From positions 62,001-126,000 of the forward strand of contig JAXLNO010000270.1 of assembly GCA_038087875.1 (NCBI GenBank): a stretch of DNA of 64,000 bases, read 5' to 3'. Under the pieces are notes generated by a model, which was not told the DNA's origin, ran no database searches, and was given only the letters and a program-made list of their open reading frames with translations. This stretch comes from Malacoraja senta (taxonomy: Eukaryota). Below are positions 25,494-38,580 of this stretch, piece by piece. Positions within the stretch are counted from its first letter, which is position 1. Each line of letters opens with the position of its first letter. The position numbers and the translations under genes are program-made.

Positions 25494-25517
25494 TTAAAAA
25501 AATCATATTTCTTTCAG

Positions 25518-26393
25518 TTAATTTATTGGCTGCTGTGATCCTGTGCCGCGGAAATTGTGGTCTCTCCAAATGCGTTACCCGCTACCTGGTGGCTATGGTA
25601 GCAGTTGATTTAATGGTGGTTGTAGTTAATGTTGTACTGGAGCAGATAAATTACATATATATGTATGCTGAGTTCTTGATAACTACTCCAACTTGCGCTG
25701 TGATAATCGCCCTGCGAGTCGCTACCACGAGCTGTTCCGTTTGGCTCACGGTCGCGTTTACATTCGATCGATACATCGGTATCTGCTGCCAGAAGCTGCG
25801 GAACCAATATTGTCGCGGGAGAATAGCGACTGCGGTGATAATAACAGTGGTGGTAATGAGTTGTGCATAGGGTATTCCATATTACTTTGCAGTCGATCCA
25901 AGTCGTTGCGTCGACACAATTGAATTTCATACGTCACCTAAATGGAAAGCCTATACGTTGTTTTAATAATATCATGACTCCATTATTACCGTTCGGGACA
26001 ATTGTACTGCTTAATGTTTTAACAGTTAGACATGTTATAACGGCAAATAAACTCCGCCAGAGACTCAGGAACAGTCGTGGCGATCAGAAAGACGGAGAGG
26101 TACAGTACCGGAGAAAGTCAATGATATTGCTCTTCGCCCTATCAGCCAATTTCATATTAATGTGGTTACCCAAAGTTGTGTATGCTGTGAACCGGCAAGT
26201 ATCAAACTATGCCTACCAGGACAAGTATTTCAGCAGTCCAATATATATTCTACAAGTGTCCGTATTTATGATGCAGTTGCTCAGTACCTGTACCAACTCC
26301 TGTATCTATGGACTGACGATGCGAAGATTCAGAGAGGAATTGAAGACCGGAGTCAAGTGTTTGTTTACATTAAACGGAATGCTCTGTAAATAA
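25518..26393 (+). pseudogene. GPCR copy 3 exon 2, pseudogene with no cognate exon 1
   Basis: CAG>TAG at 25868-25870 in TM4, plus a +1 insertion near 25961-25966 (ttttaataat versus tttcataat). No MEYPAI exon is found between 18703 and 25518. Confidence 0.9.
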
Positions 26394-29300
26394 ACAGGAC
26401 AAGCAATTGTAAGTTCGTTGAGCTTGTGAATAAATGTCCAGAAAATTCTAAATTTCTAGCTTGTTCCACGAAGATGACTCAAGTCTTTTTCTTGCACTAT
26501 TATTCTAATTGATTATGTTTAATCCGGAGGAAAGGGTCTGCGCAGTGGGCACGACCCAGTTGTGCTATATCAATTTATTGTTGCTTTGTGAGATATCAAT
26601 AGATAGAGCACTTAACGCCGAAAACCTGGTTTCGCGGTCGGATTCATGACCCGTGTCTAACATACTATGTTTGGCGTCTTCTCGTGTTCTGGGTCTAACA
26701 CCTCCCATTGAGCGTGCATATATTTGCATCTGCTAGCGTTTATTTCAAGGGGGTGAGAATACAAAAACATGGATGTAATGCTGAGGCTCTATACGGCGTG
26801 ACGGGCCGCATTTTTAATATTGTGAGCAATTTTGGGCACCATATCCAAGGAAGAAAGAGCTGTGGAAAGCGCCCGGAGGATGTTTACAAGAATAATCGCA
26901 CGAATGAGTGAGTTAATATATGATGAGCGTTTGACGACATTGGGCCTATATTCGCTCGAATGTAGAAGAATGGCGGGGGACCTCATTGAAACATACCGAA
27001 TAGTGAAAGGATAAAGTGGATAGAGTCATAGAGTGATACTGTTATGAAGCATGCCCTTTGGCCCAACTTGCCTACAGCAGTCAACATGCCCCAGCTACAC
27101 TAGTCGTACTTGCCACCATTTAGTCCATATCGCTCCAAACCTGTCCTATATATGTATCTCTCTAACTGTTTCTTAAACTTTGCGATAGTCGCTGCCTCAA
27201 CTACCTGCTCTGGCAGCTTCTTCCATACATTCATCACCCTTTATGTGAAAAGGTTACCCTCAGAACCCTATTAAATATGTTCCCCTTCACCTTAAACCTA
27301 TGTCCTCTGTTCCTTGATTCGCCTACCCTGGCAAGAGATTAAGTGCATCTACCCGATCTACCGTGGTCCTTTCGCAATCTTATACATCTATATGAGATCA
27401 CCACTCATTCTCCTGCGCTCCAAGTCATAGAGTCCCAGCCTGCTCGACATCTGCCTATGGCTCAGACCATCTAATCCTGGCAGCATCCTCACCAACATCT
27501 TACATAACTGCAACATGACCTCCCAACTGCCATACTCGATACCCTGACTGATGAATAGCAATATGCCAAAAGCCTTCTCACCACCTGATCTACGTGCGAC
27601 ACCACCTTCAGGGAACTATGCACATGTACTCCTATATCGCTCTGCTCTACAACACCACCCAATAGACAAACGACAATGGATGCAGGGGTAGGCCATTGGA
27701 CGCTTCGAGCCAGCGCCGCTATTCAATGTGATCATGGCTGATCATCCCTAATCCAGATAATCCTGACCCGAACCATTCACTGTGTAGGTCCTGCCCATGA
27801 TATACTTCCCAAATATGCCAGTATATCCAATCTCTCTGAACAGCATCGAGAGACATTCCAACCACAAATGATAAGCTTACTGTTCTATAGTTAACAGCAT
27901 TTTCACTGCAGCCCTTCTTGAATAAAGGCACAGCATCTGCCACCCTACAATCTTCTGGTAATCTTCTGGCAACCCTCCCGTATTTATCAAACAGGGATCG
28001 CACAATCTCCTCTGTGGTTTCCCATAATGACCTCGGATATATCTGATCAGGCACTTTAGAGTTGTCTACTTCATACACGATAGTACCTTCAACGTACTAT
28101 CGACCGTAATACTGACTGCTCTTATTACACTGCCCTTGACTGCCCCAAGTTCCTCCGTCCTCCTCTCTGTTTCCTCGGTAAATACTTAGGAGAAATACTC
28201 ATTGAGGACATTGCCCATCTCCTTTTGCTACACACATTGTTGACCGTTTTGCATCCTGAGGGATCCCACTATCTCGTGTTACCCTTTCCATCCTTATATA
28301 TTTATAAAATCTCTTGGGGTTTTCCTTAATGCTATCTGCCAGAGCTAGCTCCTTGCCTCTTTTTTGCCTTTCTGATTTTCTTTTTTACTTTGCTCCTTGG
28401 TTCCCGAAACTCCGCCAGGGTTACACATGATCCCAGCTGCCGATACATCTCCAATGCGTGCTTTTATTCTTAAATGTTGCCTCAATATCTCCCGACATCC
28501 AAGGTTCCTTAGGTTTTCCAATTTTGCCCTTCACAGCCCATTTGGTTCATGTTCTTTTCTCCGGAAACCCGCTACTATCAACTTGAGCAAGACACAGTCT
28601 CATGCCCGGAAAGTTGGCCTTACCCAAATGTTGCTTTTTAACGTGATTTCTCTTTCTTTCCCTTTATCTATCTATCAATCTTAAACCTAATCGAACTTAA
28701 TATGTAGGACCCTCTACATGTTGCTGACTATGGAGCGGATGTTTCTACTCGGGGGAGAGTATAGGACTAGAGATCATAGTGTCACAATTAAAGGACGTTC
28801 CTTTAGCAAGGAGAAGAGGAGAAATGTATTTAGTCAGATGGTGGTGAATCCGTGGAATTCATTATCACAGAACACCGTGGATGCCGTCTATAGATGTCTT
28901 CGGGGCCGAGGTAGATAGATTCTTGATTAGCACATGTGTCAGGAGCTATGAGGAGAAAAAATGAGGAAAGGGTTAGGAGGGATAGATACAGTAGATTAGC
29001 CACGATTGAATGGCGTTGACATGATGGGCCGAATGGCCTAATTATGCTCTGATCACTAATGCCTTTATGATCTGTAGAATTCATCCCACGGGGAAGACGC
29101 TGTTCCAGCTTTAAATGATGAATCAACTTCACTTGGTAATTTATATCGGAGTTTCGAATTAGGAGCATTGTCTCAGCTGACAGCTCTTGCTTCTTACTCG
29201 TTCCTTTTCGTCTGTGTAACAGCACGAATGCGCCAAAACCGCGTTCCCAACTTAGTGTAGCGCCTAAACCGCATTCACAACTTACATGATCTCCCGGTTG

Positions 29301-30090
29301 CCAAATACTGTAATTTACTATCCTTGGCGTCATCCACTGTTAGAGTGAGGCAAAAAGGAAATTGTTGGAACATCTTCTCATATTTTGCTTGGGAAGCTTG
29401 CAGCCTTGGGGTATGAAAAATGATTTATTTAGCTTCAAGTAAACCCTGCATTATTTCTCTCTCCATCCCCCCATCTCAAGTAATATCAGCTTTCCGATCC
29501 CACCTTTTAAACAGCTAACAGTGGCATGTTTCCTTTATCATTGTAACTTTTTTTGCATATCTTTCATTCATTTGTTCTATATCACTTTACATTATCACGT
29601 ATATATCTCAGTCTGTATGAGGTGATTATCAGTTTGAAGAAGAATCTCGACCCCGAATGTCACGCATTCCTTCTCTCCAGATAAGCTTCCTTCCCCGTTG
29701 CGTTAATCCAGCATTGAGTGTCTATCTTCGGTTTAAACCAGCATCTGCAGTTTCATCCTGCACATTTCGTCACACCGAAGGTCCAGGAACAGAGAAGGTG
29801 GGTACCCATGGTCAGAAACAGGAAGTGCAGGTGACTTCTCTGGCCATCCTACTTCAAATCAAATACTCTCTTTAGAGTGCTGACGTGGGGGATACCTCAC
29901 GTCAAAGTTGAGCAGCTGTGGCAGGAAGGACTGTTACAGAAACTCTGCAAATGAGGCTCAGCAGGTAATGGCTACGTCAAGCTGAGCCACAATTGTAGCA
30001 GACTACATAATTCGAGGTGCAGACAGGGGTTGATGTGGCAGCAATCGAGACTGAAGGATTGTGTGTTGCTTCCCTACTGCCAGGGTTCAT

Positions 30091-30093
30091 TTG

Positions 30094-30125
<32 letters not shown>

Positions 30126-32940
30126 TTATTTATTAGAAGTACATTACATCACAGCCACATACATTAATACTCGTCATTTATATCTTCTTACAATTAATGT
30201 ACTCCCTTTATTTATTTTTTTACACTAAAGAAAGAAAAGATTGAAAGAGAGAAGAAAGTGAAGGAAAAAGTGCAAGTGTAGAAAAGTGTAGAAAATGTAA
30301 CAACAAAAAAGGACGAAGACCCTATGAGAGCGAAATTAAAAACAAAAAGAAAAAGAGTTAAGAAATAGGCCCTAAGAAAAGAAAAGAGAAAGAGAAAAAA
30401 AGAAAAACAAATGTTTTTTTTTGAGCATCACGTAAATAGGACATACCAACTCTTCAACTATCATCCCCCCTTACCCGACCTCAATTTTTTATTTTTTTAA
30501 AGTACTTTTGCACCCTATGTTTGTAATAATTCTATAAATGCAGACCACGTCAGGTGGAAGTGATCTGGTTTACCTGCTAGGAGGAGTCTTATCTCTTCAA
30601 GGTGTAGTGTTTCAAACATATTTGAAATCCACATATTTATAGTTGGTATTGGAGCCTTCTTCCAAAATTTTAGAATTAGCTTTTTTCCAGTTATTAACCC
30701 ATAATCCATTAATTTCTTTTGAAACACATTTAGTTCTGGATCATCTTCCGTTATTCCGAAGATAATCCATTCTGCTTTGGGTATCAGTCTTGTTTTAAAT
30801 AACTTTGTAAAGATTTCAAAAATTTCATTCCAAAATTTTTGAATTTTTGTACAGAAGACAAATGAGTGCGCTATAGTTGCTTCTTGGGATTGACATTTAT
30901 CACAAATAGATGATACGTTTGGGAAAATTTTATGAATTTTAGTTTTCGAATAATATAATCTATGTAAAATTTTAAATTGTATTAAAGTGTGTCTTACATT
31001 AATCGAGCATTTATGTACTTTTAATAAGTATTCATTCCAACTTTCCTTTGAAATTTTAATAGCTAACTCTTGTTCCCAGTCTCTTCTGATACCCTCCGTA
31101 GATGGTATTTGTACATTTAAGATAATATTGTACAAATATGATATTAAGTTTGCTGATTCCGCTTTTATCTGCATTGCCTCGTCCAGTACATCTGCTGGGT
31201 TATTATGATGATCTTTTATATATTTTTTCAAATAGTCGCATATTTGAAAGTATTTAAAATATTGATTATTTCCGAGTTTATATTTTATTTGTAATTGTTG
31301 AAATGAAAGTAATTTTCCAGTTTCATACAAGTCACCAAGCGTTTTAATTCCTAGTCTATCCCATTGTGTATAAGCTTTATCTATAATAGAAGGACTAAAC
31401 GAAGGGTTATTGACTATAGGTAATAAAAGTGATAAGTTTCTTAATTTTAAATTTTGTTTTATTTGTTTCCAAATACGGATTGTACTATGAATAATTGGGT
31501 TCTTATTATAGTTTATGTTATTCAATTTCATTGGAGAGAGGAGGGTCGCTCCAATGTTTCTAGAGGAGCAATCCTCTTTCTCCATTACAATCCAGTCTAC
31601 TTGCTGGGCGGAGTTATCCATCAGTTGAATCATGTTTTTAATATTTACTGACCAATAATAATACATAAAATTGGGTAGTGCTAGACCCCCCAATACTTTA
31701 GATTTATTCAGATGGGTTTTTTGTATTCTATGTGATTTATAGTCCCATATAAAATTAGTGATATCTGAGTCGAGTTTTTTAAAAAACTTCTTAGGTAAGT
31801 ATATAGGAATTGATTGAAATAGGTATAAAATTTGTGGTAAAAAGATCATTTTTATTGCGTTTATTCGGCCTATTAAAGACATCGGAAGCGTTTTCCAGAA
31901 TTTAATTAATGTATTCAGTTTATTAAGTAGGGGGTCAAAATTTGCCCTGAGCATACCTTGATATGCTCTGGTAATTTCGATTCCCAAATATTTAAATTTT
32001 TCTGTAGCTATTTTAAAAGGGAATTTTAAAAGATGTGTTGAATCTTTCGGTTTTATTGACATAATTTCACTTTTATTCCAATTTATTCTATATCCAGAAA
32101 AAGATCCGAAGTCTTCAATTAAATTTAATATATTTGGTATAGTGATTTGAGGTTTTGTAATATACAATAATATATCATCCGCGTATAAAGATATTTTATT
32201 ATATGAGTCTTTAGTATTATATCCATGAATATCAGGGTGTATTCTAATTTTTTCTGCTAGCGGTTCAATAATGAGAGCAAACAGCTGTGGTGATAATGAG
32301 CATCCTTGTCTATTTCCCCTTGATAGTTGAAATTTCGAGGATAATATGTTATTAGTAAGTATTCTAGCTGTAGGTTTGTTATATAGTAACTTAATCCATA
32401 AAATAAAATTCTCTCCCAGTTGAAATTTTTGTAATACTTTATCCATATAATTCCATTCTACTTGATCAAATGCTTTTTCAGCATCCAGCGAAATAATTGA
32501 TAATTCTTGATCTTCAGATTTGTGTGAGTGCATTATGTTGAGTAGACGTCTCATATTATTAGAAGAGTATCTCTTAGGGATAAACCCTGTCTGATCTGGG
32601 TTTATTAATTTACTAATGTATTTACTTAATCTTCTGGCTAATGTTTTCGCTAATATTTTTTGATCTGTGTTTAACAATGCTATAGCTCTATATGAGCCAG
32701 GTTCTTCTAAATCCTTATTTTTCTTAGGTATTAATGTAATCGTTGATTCCGCTAATGTATCAGGTAGTATTCGTTTTTTAAAAGCGTATTGGTACATTTT
32801 TTGTAATCTTGGTATTATTTTATCATAAAAGTTTTTATAAAATTCATTAGTAAATCCATCAGGGCCTGGTGTTTTTCCATTTTTTAGTGAGTTTATTGTA
32901 TCTTCTAATTCCTTAATTGAGATTTGTGCACCCAGTTCCT
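30091..32940 (-). mobile_element. Young 5'-truncated L1-clade LINE (2850 bp) with poly(A) tail and 14-bp TSD
   Basis: TSD ctgccagggttcat at 30077-30090 and 32941-32954. Poly-T at 30091-30120, with minus-strand AATAAA at about 30129-30134. Empty sites at 6561 and about 50668. AT-rich relative to flanks. Confidence 0.95.
30515..32940 (-). CDS. L1 ORF2 fragment: RT domain plus C-terminal Cys-rich domain; frame open up to the truncation point, endonuclease absent
   Basis: GKTPGPDGFTNEFYK (read upstream of the annotated Met), YRAIALLNTDQKIL, SLDAEKAFD, RGNRQGCSLSP, LYADD, KYLG, CDKC...H....C; no stops. Confidence 0.9.
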
Positions 32941-35900
32941 CTGCCAGGGTTCATGGCGTCACGGAGCGGCTTCATGACATCCTCTGGAGGGAGGGGAAGC
33001 AGCGGTAAGTCGTTGTGCGTGTTGACACAAATTACGTAGGCGGGAAATGGAAGTACTTTCTGCAACATGAGTATAGGGAGTTGGGTAAAAAAAATAAAAA
33101 AAGTCATGACTTCCATTGTCGTAATCTTTGGATCGGTTCCAGCGCCACGTGGTAGTGAGGCAAGGAACAGGAAGATACATGAGTTGAATCTGGGCTGAGA
33201 GGTTGGTGCAGCGGCAGAGATTCAGATTTCTAGATCATTGTGATCACTTCTGGAGATGAGGTGACCTTTCCAAGAACGATGGCTTACATGTTAGCTTGAG
33301 AGGATTGAATATCCAGGCACGCATGATCGCTTGTGCTGCACGGCTGGGTTTCAATTAGATTGACAGGGCGGTGGGATCTCATCCGATAACGAGGCACATA
33401 AGAGTCAGGACGTTGGTATGGAGGGTGGGGAAAGGAAGTCAGTCAGCCAGTAGTGGCTGTTCGTTTAAATTATGTTAATTGTAATGCAACAGGCCTGATG
33501 GGTAAGACAGATGAACTTAGGGCTTGGATAGGTGCGTGCGACTGGGACGTTGCGCCTATTATATAAACCTAGCTAATAGATGTTATGATTGGAAGCTCAA
33601 CGTTCCAGGGTCCAGGTGCTTCAGGAGAGACAAAGTTGTCGGTAAAAGTGGAGGGTTGTTCCGTTATTGGTTTAGGACGGGATCATGGCAGTGGACAAAG
33701 TTGACTTTACGGACGGTTCGTTCATCTGACCGTGGAGCTGACGAACAAGAAAGGGATGATTTTGGAGCGTACTATACGTAAAAGTTGGAACGTACAAGTT
33801 GACAACGGGAATTAAAATACCAAATACCAAATTAAAATACCCTCGCTCAGCAGCAGCAACAAAGACTCATGTGTGAGAGACTCCCAAACGCACATGTATG
33901 TTAAAATAATCTTGCTTATAAAGTAACCGTTTGATCACGAATTTTGGACTCGCTACACAGGCATGATTGAATGTCGGGGTAGACACGATGGACCTAATAG
34001 CCTAATTCTGCTGCTATCACCTGTGATCCTATGACCTTATAACACACTTTGGAGTTGTACTGATGGAGTGCACACTATGATGGTACGAATGGAGAGATAT
34101 ACTGTGGTATGGGCCTGACGGCGTGAAACACTGTGGAATGCATCTGCGTGGTGTAGAACTAATAGAGTGCCATACTGAAGGGTAATATAGACAGAATTAT
34201 CATCTGTGGGGAGGCACTGAAGGAGAGACACACCGCAATACAATACAATACAATATAATACAATACATTAATATAATAATTTATCAGCTAAGTGTGTTTT
34301 GCAACATTTGCCAAGTCAGTGATACAAATAATAAGCAACGGAACACACAAATTACATTTTCACATAAATGTCCACCAAAGGGATTCCTCCACATTCCTCA
34401 CTGTGATGGGAGGCGAAAAAAAAGTTCAATTTCTTCCAGTCTTTGTTCTCCCGCGTTCGGGGGCCTCGAGCCTTCCGTTAACGGGATGATCTTGACACCT
34501 GTAACGGCGGCGTTTGGGCTCTCGACATCGGGGCGATAAGTTACCGCAACAGGGTAATGTCAGCTCCCCCGCGCCGACGATCGGACCCCTAGTCGGGGCT
34601 GATCGAAATTCTGCGTCGTTGGAGCACCCGACTAGGCCACTCCCGATTCTGCGAGCTCTCGATGGCAAAGTCCGCAGATCGCGATTGGAGCGATCCCAGA
34701 CAAGGGAGCAGCTACGATGGAAAGTCTACGCCCCACGGTGGTACTCAAAGTTAGTGCGGTGAGGCCTCCAGCTTCATCGATGTTAGGCCGCAGAGCGACC
34801 GGAGAGACGACTCGAAAACCAATCGCATCTCCGGCAAGGTAAGATATTGAAAAACGTTTCCCCAGACCCCCCACCCCCACACCCCCCCCCCCCCCCGCAT
34901 ATAACAAACAAGATAACATACACAAAAACATGTAAACACTAAAAATAACAAAAGAAAGGCGAAATACAGACAGACTGCTGGCGGGGCTGCCAATGGGGTG
35001 TTACTGTTTGTGTGCACAATGTGGAAAATTATTGTGTCGTGAATACACAATGGAGAGACACACTACGGAATAATACTATCTCTCTTTGGATCACATGGGA
35101 TGAAACCTCCCCTTTATTCTAAGACTGTGGCCCCTGGTTCTGGACTCGCCCAACATTGGGAACATTTTTCCTGCATCTAGCTTGTCCAGTCCTTTTATAA
35201 TTTTATGTTTCTATAAGAACTCCCCTCATCCTTCTGAACTCTAGTGAATACAAGCTTAGTCTTTTCAATCTTTCCTCATATGAAAGTCCCTCCATCCCAG
35301 GGATCAATCTCGTGAACCTACCCTGCACTGCCTCAATCACAGGGATGTCTTTCCTCAAATTAGGATACCAAAACTGTACACAATACTCCAGATGTGGTCT
35401 CACTAGAGTCCTATACAACTGCAGAAGAACCGCTTTACTCCTATACTGAAATCCTCTTGTTTTGAAGGCCAACATTACATCAGCTTTCTTCACTGCCTGT
35501 TGTATCTGCACGCCAACTTGCAGTGACCGGTGTACCCCTTACCTAACCTAATGCCATTGAGATAATAATCTCCCCCCTTGTTTTTGCCGCCAAAGTGGAT
35601 AACCTCACATTTATCTATTTTATACTGCATCTGCCACGCATCTGCCCACTCACTCAACCTGTCCGTGTCATCCTGCAACCTCCTAACATCCTCTTCATAG
35701 TTCACACTGCCACCCAGCTTTGTATCATCTGCAAACTTGCTAGTGTTGCTCCTAATTCCCTCTTCTAAATCATTAATATATATGGTAAACAGTTGCGACC
35801 CCAACACCGAGCATTGCGGCACTCCACTCGCCTCTTTCTGCCATACTGAAAAGGACCCGTTCAGTCCTACTCTTTGCTTCCGGTCTCCCAACCAATTTAT

Positions 35901-36225
35901 ATCCATGTCAACACCCTACCCCAATACCATGTGCACTAATTTTAGACTCCAGTCTCTTGTCGAATGCCTCACTGAAATCCATGTATACAACATCGACAAG
36001 TCACTTCTCAACGACTTTTTGGTCACGTCTGCAAAAAACTCAATCAGACTTGCGAGACACTACATTCCCCGTACAAAACCATGCTGACTATCCCTAATCA
36101 GACCTTGCTTATCCAAATGCCTGTATATCCAAATAACTGTAGAAAAGGTTGCTTATCGGGCTGGTGGCCTGCGACTAGTGGTGTGCCTCAGGGTTCGTTG
36201 CTGAGCCCGTTACTGTATGTCATCT

Positions 36226-37105
36226 TCGGTGGGCGGCGCGACTCTCGTTTGCAGCGGCCTCTGCAGTCCGTCTGTCTTTTTATTATTTTTGTCTCGTTTT
36301 TATGTAGGTTTTTTTTGTTTTTTTTGTCGGGGTATGTGTGTGGGGGGTGGGGGTGGGGTGGGGGGGGACTTTGAAATCTTTCCCCTGCACGGGAGGCCCG
36401 ACCTTTTCTTTGTCGGGTCTCCGTTGTCGTTGGGGCTGGGCAACGTGGAGCGGCCTCCAGCAGGAACGACCTGGGGCTCCAGTTGCGGAGCTGCGGACTA
36501 CTCACCGTCACGGGGCTGGCCGAGTCCGGAGCGGGTGGAGCTGTGGTGGAGACAATCGCTGCTGCGACCCGACCCCCGGAGATTCGGAGGCTACAACCGC
36601 GGATCTGGCGGACGGCAACACCGGAAGCCCGCGGGTCCCCTGGTGGGAGACCGCTTTTCGGGGCTTCCGCAGCGGCGACTTCTCCCGCCCGAGTTGCGGG
36701 GTTGAAGAGCACCTGGAGCGGGGCTTTATCCCCCCGCGCGGCTTGGAATGGCCGCCGGACTTTGCGAGCGCGCGCCGGGGCTCTAACACCAAGACCCGGT
36801 GCGCGACCTTGCATCACCCGGCGTGGCTTTAATGGCCGCGGGATAATCACCAGCGCCCGCCGGGGGCTTTGACTTTGACTCTGACATCGGGGGGGGGGAG
36901 TGCAGGGGAGAGATACGTTTTTTTTGCCTTCCATCACAGCGCTGTGATGGATGTATGTGTAAATTGTGTTGTGTCTCGGGTCTTGTTCGTTTTGTGATGT
37001 ATGGCTCCAGCAACGACATTTCGTTTGGACCTCAAGGGGTCCAAATGAGAAATTTGTCCAAAAGACAAATCAACAAATTGTAATTGTAAAAATTGTAAAA
37101 TTGTA
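36226..37105 (+). mobile_element. GC-rich non-autonomous retroposon, unit-specific insertion
   Basis: Empty site gtatgtcatctaccccgc at 11751 and 51891. ATCT duplicated (36222-36225 and 37106-37109). (AATTGTA)n-like tail. Confidence 0.8.
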
Positions 37106-37139
37106 ATCTACCCCGCTGACTCTGCCATATCCTTATTTC

Positions 37140-37574
37140 TTTGGAGCGCAGAAGTTTAAGGGGGGACTTGATAGAAGTCTTTAAAATGATGAGCGGGTTA
37201 GACAGAGTTCACGAGGATAAGCTTTTCCCATTGAGAGTAGGGAAGATTCAAACAAGGGGCCATGACTTGAGAATTAAGGGACAGAAGTGTAGGGGTATCA
37301 TTAGGGGGACCTTCTTTACCCAGAGTGTGGTGGCTCTGTGGAATGAGCTTCCAGTGGAAGTGGTTGAGGCAGGTTCGATTTTATCCTTTAAAAATAGATT
37401 GGATGGGTATATGGACGGGAAAGGAATGGAGGGATATGGTCTGAGTGCAGGTAGATGGGACTAGGGGGAAGTATGGAGAAAGAAGGGGGAAACAAAAGTG
37501 TTGGGCACGGACTTGAAGGGCCGAGATGGCCTGTTTCCGTGCTGTAATGGTTATATGGTTATATGGTTATATGG
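37140..37574 (+). mobile_element. 5'-truncated CR1 3' end with (TTATATGG)n tail and TTATTTC TSD; also at about 51932-52363; absent in unit 1
   Basis: ERRSLRGDLIEVFK...LWNELP motif; 8-bp tail repeats; empty site atccttatttcctgctc at 11781. Confidence 0.85.
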
Positions 37575-38404
37575 TTATTTCCTGCTCAATATACCTGTCC
37601 AATTGTTACCTTTAGATTGCCTTTATTGCCTGACATTATCTTTATTGTACCGAGCTTCTCGGCGTCACTGCCTTATCAATATTTGGAGTGATCATTCTAA
37701 TGACAATTAATGGCAGGACGCAATAAAGTGACTGAGCAAAATATATTGTAATAAGCCGTCAATATGCAAGAGTCACTTGGAGAATGGAGGAAAAGCTGAA
37801 AACGACTCATGAACGTGGATGGCGCATACATCCCCCAGTTACATATCCAGCAACAAACTGCATATTTATGCACCCCTAAAGTCACTTTCTGCCACATTTC
37901 TATGTGCTGCAATTAGTGTTACAATTGATCGGTGACGAAGAATCAACGAACCGAAGCAAAACCAGAGCGCAGTGCTGATGTACTATCCACCTCTTTGATC
38001 ACCTAGGTCGGACTTTGCTGGCTTTACCTTGCACGAAACGTTATTCATTTATAATGTAGTCCCTTATCACAGTGAATGGATCGATTGTAATCATGTGCTG
38101 TCTTTCTGCTGACTGGTTAGCACGTAAGAACATATTTTCCCTGTTCCTCGGTACACGTGACAATATATTAAAATAAACTTAACTAAACTAAATTAATCTA
38201 AACACATTCTTGAAACACAGTTTAACCTTCATGACACAACACTGAACTTTCACCCTACTGCGTTGGATACCTTCCATGACAACATTATAACTAATTGCAT
38301 GTAATATCCTCGGTGAACTAAACAAATTACACATGCACAATGCGTAAAACTAGTTTTTGGTAAGTGTTTGTTCAATGGCCTGTGGCTAACGTGACTCTGG
38401 AGGG

Positions 38405-38445
38405 TACCAATTAGCTCAGTGGGCGTTCCGTGGTGTATAATAACA
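38405..38445 (+). promoter_or_regulatory. Putative proximal promoter of GPCR copy 4 (CCAAT, GC-box-like gtgggcgttcc, TATAATAA); paralogs at about 53193-53231 and 12546-12584
   Basis: CCAAT at 38407 and TATAATAA at 38436-38443, 75 nt before the ATG, in apparently non-repetitive sequence conserved among units. Motif matches only. Confidence 0.4.
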
Positions 38446-38510
38446 CGTTGATCTGGTGCATGTCGCTACTTGGAACGCTTCGTATGACTGGTCGCTGCTT
38501 CAGGTAGAAA

Positions 38511-38580
38511 ATGGAGTATCCAGCGATTTTCCACGTTGCAAGAAATTACTATCCTGTACTTGCAGCGATCGGCATTCCTG
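38511..38580 (+). CDS. GPCR copy 4 coding exon 1 (MEYPAIFHVARNYYPVLAAIGIP); CDS join(38511..38580,45043..45917), 314 aa GPR139/GPR142-like receptor
   Basis: AAAATGG start; G|GTAAGG donor at 38580/38581; 70 + 875 = 945 nt in frame. Confidence 0.88.

Noticed and set aside
12652..26393. Protocadherin-like combinatorial splicing (one exon 1 serving exon 2 of both copies 2 and 3)
   Set aside because: The missing exon 1 is explained by a deletion, both exon 2s are disabled, and each has its own poly(A)-like signals; there is no evidence for a designed cassette system.
30515..32797. 760-aa RT ORF as a domesticated host gene or retron-like system
   Set aside because: It is bounded by a TSD and poly(A), truncated mid-ORF2 and absent from paralogous units; an ordinary L1 insertion.
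36188..36937. 249-aa and other overlapping ORFs in GC-rich elements (also 13071-13723, 16306-16910, 47445-47998, 62514-63126)
   Set aside because: Low-complexity Arg/Pro/Ala/Gly translations occur in several frames on both strands, are not frame-conserved between copies and show no recognisable domain. This is expected from high GC content.
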